Origin: Octopus sinensis
Taxonomy: Eukaryota
Direction: 5' to 3'
DNA length: 64,000 bases
Assembly: GCF_006345805.1 (NCBI RefSeq)
Contig: NC_043001.1
Coordinates: forward strand, 1-64,000
In this document: positions 54,561-64,000 of the stretch, in pieces
Layout of the letters: each line of letters opens with the position of its first letter
How positions within the stretch are numbered: the first letter of the stretch is position 1
Notes under the pieces: generated by a model
Databases searched by the model: none
What the model saw: only the letters and a program-made list of their open reading frames with translations
What the model was told of the DNA's origin: nothing
Position numbers and translations under genes: made by a program

Positions 54561-57500
54561 TGAGCCAATGACGGAGACGTCTACATGGTAGCCAGACCTG
54601 GTAGAAATAACAGCTAAATCTCCCCCAACTAACACCTTATTGTCTTATGTATGTATATATGTATGTATGAGCCAATGAGGGAGACATCTACATGGTAGTT
54701 AGACCTGGTAGAAATAGCAGCCAAATCTCCCTCAAAACACCCTACTGTCTTATGTATGTATATATGTATGTATGAGCCAATGAGGGCGACATCAACATGA
54801 TAGCTAGACCTGGTAGAAATAGCAGCCAAATCTCCCTCAAAACACCCTACTGTCTTATGTATGTATATATGTATGTATGAGCCAATGAGGGAGACATCTA
54901 CATGGTAGCTAGACCTGGTAGAAATGGCAGCCAAATCTCCCTCAAAACACCCTACTGTCTTATGTATGTATATATGTATGTATGAGCCAATGAGGGAGAC
55001 ATCTACATGGTAGCTAGACCTGGTAGAAATAGCAGCCAAATGTCCCTCAAAACACCCTACTGTCTTATGTATGTATATATGTATGTATTAGCCAATGAGG
55101 AAGACATCTACATGGTAGCTAGACCTGGTAGAAATAGCAGCCAAATCTCCCTCAAAACACCCTACTGTCTTATGTATGTATATATGTATGTATTAGCCAA
55201 TGAGGAAGACATCTACATGGTAGCTAGACCTGGTAGAAATAGCAGCCAAATCTCCCTCAAAACACCCTACTGTATTATGTATATATATATATGTATGTAT
55301 GAGCCAATGAGGGAGACATCTACATGGTAGCTAGACCTGGTAGAAATAGCAGCCAAATCTCCCTCAAAACACCCTACTGTCTTATGTATGTATATATGTA
55401 TGTATGAGCCAATGAGGGAGACATCTACATGGTAGATAGACCTGGTAGAAATAGCAGCCAAATCTCCCTCAAAACACCCTACTGTCTTATGTATGTATAT
55501 ATGTATGTATGAGCCAATGAGGGAGACATCTACATGGTAGCTAGACCTGGTAGAAATAGCAGCCAAATCTCCCTCAAAACACCCTACTGTCTTATGTATG
55601 TATATATGTATGTATGAGCCAATGAGGGAGACATCTACATGATAGCTAGACCTGGTAGAAATAGCAGCCAAATCTCCCTCAAAACACCCTACTGTCTTAT
55701 GTATGTATATATGTATGTATGAGCCAATGAGGGCGACATCTACATGGTAGCTATACCTGGTAGAAATAGCAGCCAAATCTCCCTCAAAACACCCTACTGT
55801 CTTATGTATGTATATACGTATGTATGAGCCAATGAGGGAGACATCTACATGGTAGCTAGACCTGGTAGAAATAGCAGCCAAATCTCCCTCAAAACACCCT
55901 ACTGTCTTATGTATGTATATATGTATGTATGAGCCAATGAGGGAGACATCTACATGGTAGATAGACCTGGTAGAAATAGCAGCCAAATCTCCCTCAAAAC
56001 ACCCTACTGTCTTATGTATGTATATATGTATGTATGAGCCAATGAGGGAGACATCTACATGGTAGCTAGACCTGGTAGAAATAGCAGCCAAATCTCCCTC
56101 AAAACACACCTACTGTCTTATGTATGTATATATGTATGTATGAGCCAATGAGGGAGACATCTACATGATAGCTAGACCTGGTAGAAATAGCAGCCAAATC
56201 TCCCTCAAAACACCCTACTGTCTTATGTATGTATATATGTATGTATGAGCCAATGAGGGAGACATCTACATGGTAGCTATACCTGGTAGAAATAGCAGCC
56301 AAATCTCCCTCAAAACACCCTACTGTCTTATGTATGTATATACGTATGTATGAGCCAATGAGGGAGACATCTACATGGTAGCTAGACCTGGTAGAAATAG
56401 CAGCCAAATCTCCCTCAAAACACCCTACTGTCTTATGTATGTATATATGTATGTATTAGCCAATGAGGGAGACATCTACATTATAGCTAGAACTGGTAGA
56501 AATAGCAGCCAAATCTCCCTCAAAACACCCTACTGTCTTACGTATATATATATGTATGTATGAGCCAATGAGGGAGACATCTACATGGTAGCTAGACCTG
56601 GTAGAAATAGCAGCCAAATCTCCCTCAAAACACCCTACTGTCTTATGTATGTATATATGTACGTATGAGCCAATGAGGGCGACATCTACATGGTAGCTAG
56701 ACCTGGTAGAAATAGCAGCCAAATATCCCTCAAAACACCCTACTGTCTTATGTATGTATATATGTATGTATGAGCCAATGAGGGCGACATCTACATTGTA
56801 GCTAGACCAGGTAGAAATAGCAGCCAAATCTCCCTCAAAACACCCTAATGTCTTATGTATGTATATATGTATGTATTAGCCAATGAGGAAGACATCTACA
56901 TGGTAGCTAGACCTGGTAGAAATAGCAGCCAAATCTCCCTCAAAACACCCTACTGTCTTATGTATGTATATATGTATGTATGAGCCAATGAGGGAGACAT
57001 CTACATGGTAGCTAGACCTGGTAGAAATAGCAGCCAAATCTCCCTCAAAACACCCTACTGTCTTATGTATGTATATATGTATGTATGAGCCAATGAGGGC
57101 GACATCTACATGGTAGCTAGACCTGGTAGAAATAGCACCAAGCAAATCCCCTCAAAACACCCTACTGTCTTATGTATGTATATATATGTATGTATGAGCT
57201 AATGAGTGCGACATCTACATGGTAGCTAGACCTGGTAGAATAGCAGCCAAATCTCCCTCAGAACACCCTACTGTCTTATGTATGTAATATGTATGTATGA
57301 GCCAATGAGGGCGACATCTACATGGTAGCTAGACCTGGTAGAAATAGCAGCCAATCTCCCTCAAAACACCCTACTGTCTTATGTATATATATTTATGTAT
57401 GAGCCAATGAGGGAGACATCTACATGGTAGCTAGACCTGGTAGAAATAGCAGCCAAATCTCCCTCAAAACACCCTACTGTCTTATGTATATATATATATG

Positions 57501-60500
57501 TATGTATGAGCCAATGAGGGAGACATCTACATGGTAGCTAGACCTGGTAGAAATAGCAGCCAAATCTCCCTCAAAACACCCTACTGTCTTATGTATGTAT
57601 ATATGTATGTATGAGCCAATGAGGGAGACATCTACATGGTAGATAGACCTGGTAGAAATAGCAGCCAAATCTCCCTCAAAACACCCTACTGTCTTATGTA
57701 TGTATATATGTATGTATGAGCCACTGAGGGAGACATCTACATGGTAGCTAGACCTGGTAGAAATAGCAGCCAAATCTCCCTCAAAACACCCTACTGTCTT
57801 ATGTATGTATATATGTATGTATGAGCCAATGAGGGAGACATCTACATGATAGCTAGACCTGGTAGAAATAGCAGCCAAATCTCCCTCAAGACACCCTACT
57901 GTCTTACGTATATATATATGTATGTATGAGCCAATGAGGGCGACATCTACATGGTACCTAGACCTGGTAGAAATAGCAGCCAAATCTCCCTCAAAACACC
58001 CTACTGTCTTATGTATGTATATATGTATGTATGAGCCAATGAGGGCGACATCTACATGGTAGCTAGACCTGGTAGAAATAGCAGCCAAATATCCCTCAAA
58101 ACACCCTACTGTCTTATGTATGTATATATGTATGTATGAGCCAATGAGGGCGACATCTACATTGTAGCTAGACCTGGTAGAAATAGCAGCCAAATCTCCC
58201 TCAAAACACCCTAATGTCTTATGTATGTATATATGTATGTATTAGCCAATGAGGAAGACATCTACATGGTAGCTAGACCTGGTAGAAATAGCTGCCAAAT
58301 CTCCCTCAAAACACCCTACTGTCTTATGTATGTATATATGTATGTATGAGCCAATGAGGGAGACATCTACATGGTAGCTAGACCTGGTAGAAATAGCAGC
58401 CAAATCTCCCTCAAAACACCCTACTGTCTTATGTATGTATATATGTATGTATGAGCCAATGAGGGAGACATCTACATGGTAGCTAGAACTGGTAGAATAG
58501 CAGCCAAATCTCCCTCAAAACACCTACTGTCTGTATTATGTATTATATATATGTATGAGCCATGAGGGCGACATCTACATGGTAGCTAGACCTGGTAGAA
58601 ATAGCAGCCAAATCTCCCTCAAAACACCCTACTGTCTTATGTATGTATATTGTATGTATGAGCTAATGAGGGCGACATCTACATGGTAGCTAGACCTGGT
58701 AGAAATAGCAGCCAAATCTCCCTCAGAACCCCTACTGTCTTATGTATGTATATATGTATGTATGAGCCAATGAGGGGACATCTACATGGTAGCTAGACCT
58801 GTTAGAAATAGCAGCCAAATCTCCCTCAAAACACCCTACTGTCTTATGTATGTATATATTTATGTATGAGCCAATGAGGGAGACATCTACATGGTAGCTA
58901 GACCTGGTAGAAATAGCAGCCAAATCTCCCTCAAAACACCCTACTGTCTTATGTATATATATATATGTATGTATGAGCCAATGAGGAGACATCTACATGG
59001 TAGCTAGACCTGGTAGAAATAGCAGCCAAATCTCCCTCAAAACACCCTACTGTCTTATGTATGTATATATGTATGTATGAGCCAATGAGGGAGACATCTA
59101 CATGGTAGATAGACCTGGTAGAAATAGCAGCCAAATCTCCCTCAAAACACCCTACTGTCTTATGTATGTATATATGTATGTATGAGCCAATGAGGGAGAC
59201 ATCTACATGGTAGCTAGACCTGGTAGAAATAGCAGCCAAATCTCCCTCAAAACACCCTACTGTCTTATGTATGTATATATGTATGTATAAGCCAATGAGG
59301 GAGACATCTACATGATAGCTAGACCTGGTAGAAATAGCAGCCAAATCTCCCTCAAAACACCCTACTGTCTTATGTATGTATATATGTATGTATGAGCCAA
59401 TGAGGGCGACATCTACATGGTAGCTATACCTGGTAGAGAAATAGCAGCCAAATCTCCCTCAAAACACCCTACTGTCTTATGTATGTATATATGTATGTAT
59501 GAGCCAATGAGGGAGACATCTACATGGTAGCTAGACCTGGTAGAAATAGCAGCCAAATCTCCCTCAAAACACCCTACTGTCTTATGTATGTATATATGTA
59601 TGTATTAGCCAATGAGGGAGACATCTACATTATAGCTAGACCTGGTAGAATAGCAGCCAAATCTCCCTCAAAACACCCTACTGTCTTAGGTATATATATA
59701 TGTATGTATGAGCCAATGAGGGAGACATCTACATGGTAGCTAGACCTGGTAGAAATAGCAGCCAAATCTCCCTCAAAACACCCTACTGTCTTATGTATGT
59801 ATTATGTATGTATGAGCCAATGAGGGAGACATCTACATGGTAGATAGACCTGGTAGAAATAGCAGCCAAATCTCCCTCAAAAACACCCTACTGTCTTATG
59901 TATGTATATATGTATGTATGAGCCAATGAGGGAGACATCTACATGGTAGCTAGACCTGGTAGAAATAGCAGCCAAATCTCCCTCAAAACACCCTACTGTC
60001 TTATGTATGTATATATGTATGTATGAGCCAATGAGGGAGACATCTACATGAGAGCTAGACCTGGTAGAAATAGCAGCCAAATCTCCCTCAAAACACCCTA
60101 CTGTCTTATGTATGTATATGTTGTATGAGCCAATGAGGGCGACATCTACATGGTAGCTATACCTGGTAGAAATAGCAGCCAAATCTCCCTCAAAACACCC
60201 TACTGTCTTATGTATGTATATATGTATGTATGAGCCAATGAGGGCGACATCTACATGGTAGCTAGACCTGGTAGAAATAGCAGCCAAATCTCCCTCAAAA
60301 CACCCTACTGTCTTATGTATGTATATATGTATGTATGAGCTAATGAGGGCGACATCTACATGGTAGCTAGACCTGGTAGAAATAGCAGCCAAATCTCCCT
60401 CAGAACACCCTACTGTCTTATGTATGTATATATGTATGTATGAGCCAATGAGGGCGACATCTACATGGTAGCTAGACCTGGTAGAAATAGCAGCCAAATC

Positions 60501-63500
60501 TCCCTCAAAACACCCTACTGTCTTATGTATGTATATATTTATGTATGAGCCAATGAGGGAGACATCTACATGGTAGCTAGACCTGGTAGAAATAGCAGCC
60601 AAATCTCCCTCAAAACACCCTACTGTCTTATGTATATATATATATGTATGTATGAGCCAATGAGGGAGACATCTACATGGTAGCTAGACCTGGTAGAAAT
60701 AGCAGCCAAATCTCCCTCAAAACACCCTACTGTCTTATGTATGTATATATGTATGTATGAGCCAATGAGGGAGACATCTACATGGTAGATAGACCTGGTA
60801 GAAATAGCAGCCAAATCTCCCTCAAAACACCCTACTGTCTTATGTATGTATATATGTATGTATGAGCCAATGAGGGAGACATCTACATGGTAGCTAGACC
60901 TGGTAGAAATAGCAGCCAAATCTCCCTCAAAACACCCTACTGTCTTATGTATGTATATATGTATGTATGAGCCAATGAGGGAGACATCTACATGATAGCT
61001 AGACCTGGTAGACATAGCAGCCAAATCTCCCTCAAAACACCCTACTGTCTTATGTATGTATATATGTATGTATGAGCCAATGTGGGCGACATCTACATGG
61101 TAGCTATACCTGGTAGAAATAGCAGCCAAATCTCCCTCAAAACACCCTACTGTCTTATGTATGTATATATGTATGTATGAGCCAATGAGGGAGACATCTA
61201 CATGGTAGCTAGACCTGGTAGAAATAGCAGCCAAATCTCCCTCAAAACACCCTACTGTCTTATGTATGTATATATGTATGTATTAGCCAATGAGGGAGAC
61301 ATCTACATTATAGCTAGACCTGGTAGAAATAGCAGCCAAATCTCCCTCAAAACACCCTACTGTCTTACGTATATATATATGTATGTATGAGCCAATGAGG
61401 GCGACATCTACATGGTAGCTAGACCTGGTAGAAATAGCAGCCAAATCTCCCTAAAAACACCCTACTGTCTTATGTATGTATATATGTATGTATGAGCCAA
61501 TGAGGGCGACATCTACATGGTAGCTAGACCTGGTAGAAATAGCAGCCAAATATCCCTCAAAACACCCTACTGTCTTATGTATGTATATATGTATGTATGA
61601 GCCAATGAGGGCGACATCTACATGTAGCTAGACCTGGTAGAAATAGCAGCCAAATCTCCCTCAAACACCCTAATGTCTTATGTATGTATATATGTATGTA
61701 TGAGCCAATGAGGAAGACATCTACATGGTAGCTAGACCTGGTAGAAATAGCAGACAAATCTCCCTCAAAACACCCTACTGTCTTATGTATGTATTATGTA
61801 TGTATGAGCCAATGAGGGAGACATCTACATGGTAGCTAGACCTGGTAGAAATAGCAGCCAAATCTCCCTCAAAAACACCCTACTGTCTTATGTATGTATA
61901 TATGTATGTATGAGCCAATGAGGGAGACATCTACATGGTAGCTAGACCTGGTAGAAATAGCAGCCAAATCTCCCTCAAAACACCCTACTGTCTTAGTATA
62001 TATATATATGTATGTATGAGCCAATGAGGGAGACATCTACATGGTAGCTAGACCTGGTAGAAATAGCAGCCAAATCTCCCTCAAACACCCTACTGTCTTA
62101 TGTATGTATATATGTATGTATGAGCCAATGAGGGAGACATCTACATGGTAGCTAGACCTGGTAGAAATAGCAGCCAAATCTCCCTCAAAACACCCTACTG
62201 TCTTATGTATGTATATATGTATGTATGAGCCAATGAGGGAGACATCTACATGGTAGCTAGACCTGGTAGAAATAGCAGCCAAATCTCCCTCAAAACACCC
62301 TACTGTCTTATGTATGTATATGTATGTATGAGCCAATGAGGGAGACATCTACATGGTAGCTAGAACTGGTAGAAATAGCAGCCAAATCTCCCTCAAAACA
62401 CCCTACTGTCTTATGTATGTATATATGTATGTATGAGCCAATGAGGGCGACATCTACATGGTAGCTAGACCTGGTAGAAATAGCAGCCAAATCTCCCTCA
62501 AAACACCCTACTGTCTTATGTATGTATATATGTATGTATGAGCTAATGAGGGCGACATCTACATGGTAGCTAGACCTGGTAGAAATAGCAGCCAAATCTC
62601 CCTCAGAACACCCTACTGTCTTATGTATGTATATATGTATGTATGAGCCAATGAGGAAGACATCTACATGGTAGCTAGACCTGGTAGAAATAGCAGCCAA
62701 ATCTCCCTCAAAACACCCTACTGTCTTATGTATGTATATATTTATGTATGAGCCAATGAGGGAGACATCTACATGGTAGCTAGACCTGGTAGAAATAGCA
62801 GCCAAATCTCCCTCAAAACACCCTACTGTCTTATGTATATATATATATGTATGTATGAGCCAATGAGGGAGACATCTACATGGTAGCTAGACCTGGTAGA
62901 AATAGCAGCCAAATCTCCCTCAAAACACCCTACTGTCTTATGTATGTATATATGTATGTATGAGCCAATGAGGGAGACATCTACATGGTAGATAGACCTG
63001 GTAGAAATAGCAGCCAAATCTCCCCAAAAACACCCTACTGTCTTATGTATGTATATATGTATGTATGAGCCAATGAGGGAGACATCTACATGGTAGCTAG
63101 ACCTGGTAGAAATAGCAGCCAAATCTCCCTCAAAACACCCTACTGTCTTATGTATGTATATATGTATGTATGAGCCAATGAGGGAGACATCTACATGATA
63201 GCTAGACCTGGTAGAAATAGCAGCCAAATCTCCCTCAAAACACCCTACTGTCTTATGTATGTATATATGTATGTATGAGCCAATGAGGGCGACATCTACA
63301 TGGTAGCTATACCTGGTAGAAATAGCAGCCAAATCTCCCTCAAAACACCCTACTGTCTTATGTATGTATATATGTATGTATGAGCCAATGAGGGAGACAT
63401 CTACATGGTAGCTAGACCTGGTAGAAATAGCAGCCAAATCTCCCTCAAAACACCCTACTGTCTTAGGTATGTATATATGTATGTATTAGCCAATGAGGGA

Positions 63501-64000
63501 GACATCTACATTATAGCTAGACCTGGTAGAAATAGCAGCCAAATCTCCCTCAAAACACCCTACTGTCTTACGTATATATATATATGTATGTATGAGCCAA
63601 TGAGGGAGACATCTACATGGTAGCTAGACCTGGTAGAAATAGCAGCCAAATCTCCCTCAAAACACCCTACTGTCTTATGTATGTATATATGTATGTATGA
63701 GCCAATGAGGGCGACATCTACATGGTAGCTAGACCTGGTAGAAATAGCAACCAAATATCCCTCAAAACACCCTACTGTCTTATGTATGTATATATGTATG
63801 TATGAGCCAATGAGGGGACATCTACATTGTAGCTAGACTGGTAGAAATAGCAGCCAAATCTCCCTCAGAACACCCTACTGTCTTATGTATGTATATATGT
63901 ATGTATGAGCCAATGAGGGCGACATCTACATGGTAGCTAGACCTGGTAGAATAGCAGCCAAATCTCCCTCAAAACACCCTACTGTCTATGTATGTATATA
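54561..64000. repeat. 105-bp satellite array (~90 monomers, continues past the window edge)
   Basis: Monomer GAGCCAATGAGGGAGACATCTACATGGTAGCTAGACCTGGTAGAAATAGCAGCCAAATCTCCCTCAAAACACCCTACTGTCTTATGTATGTATATATGTATGTAT, with starts at 54669 and 54774 (period 105). Confidence 0.97.

Noticed and set aside
54629-63754. Repetitive 35-aa-period ORFs (AAISTRSSYHVDVSLIGSYIHIYIHKTVGCFEGDL)
   Set aside because: The 105-bp monomer is a multiple of 3 and happens to lack a stop in one frame. Frames are broken freely by 1-2 bp indels in the TA linker, so there is no sign of coding constraint.
54561-64000. CRISPR-like regular repeat
   Set aside because: There are no unique spacers (whole monomers repeat), no cas genes, and the context is eukaryotic.

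Overview
This is AT-rich, repeat-dominated eukaryotic (metazoan) DNA with no intact host gene. The SINE and repeat repertoire looks cephalopod/octopus-like, which is an inference. From 1 to 19 kb, a degenerate (AAT)n field hosts seven co-oriented copies of three related R4/Dong-type non-LTR retrotransposon families (RT + CCHC knuckle + PD-D/ExK endonuclease), one nearly full length. At ~19.05 kb the microsatellite flips to (ATT)n and runs to ~41.4 kb. That half contains a CR1-type LINE 3' end and a 6.5-kb block duplicated from 48.85-55.4 kb, flanked by a ~410-bp direct repeat. A 13-bp satellite (38.3-38.7 and 41.4-43.0 kb) is followed by SINEs, a Penelope-like (RT + GIY-YIG) element, a decayed mariner, Helitron-like ends and a 105-bp satellite with irregular higher-order structure (54.56 kb to the end). 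The best unannotated signals are hammerhead ribozymes: a minimal type I HHR downstream of the Penelope-like ORF (46342-46379, minus strand), a canonical-core HHR whose stem II is extended into a ~100-nt rod (28009-28136, duplicated at 53835-53962), and two variant-core look-alikes. Poly-N/poly-I and satellite ORFs are not genes. Some duplications may be long-read assembly artefacts.
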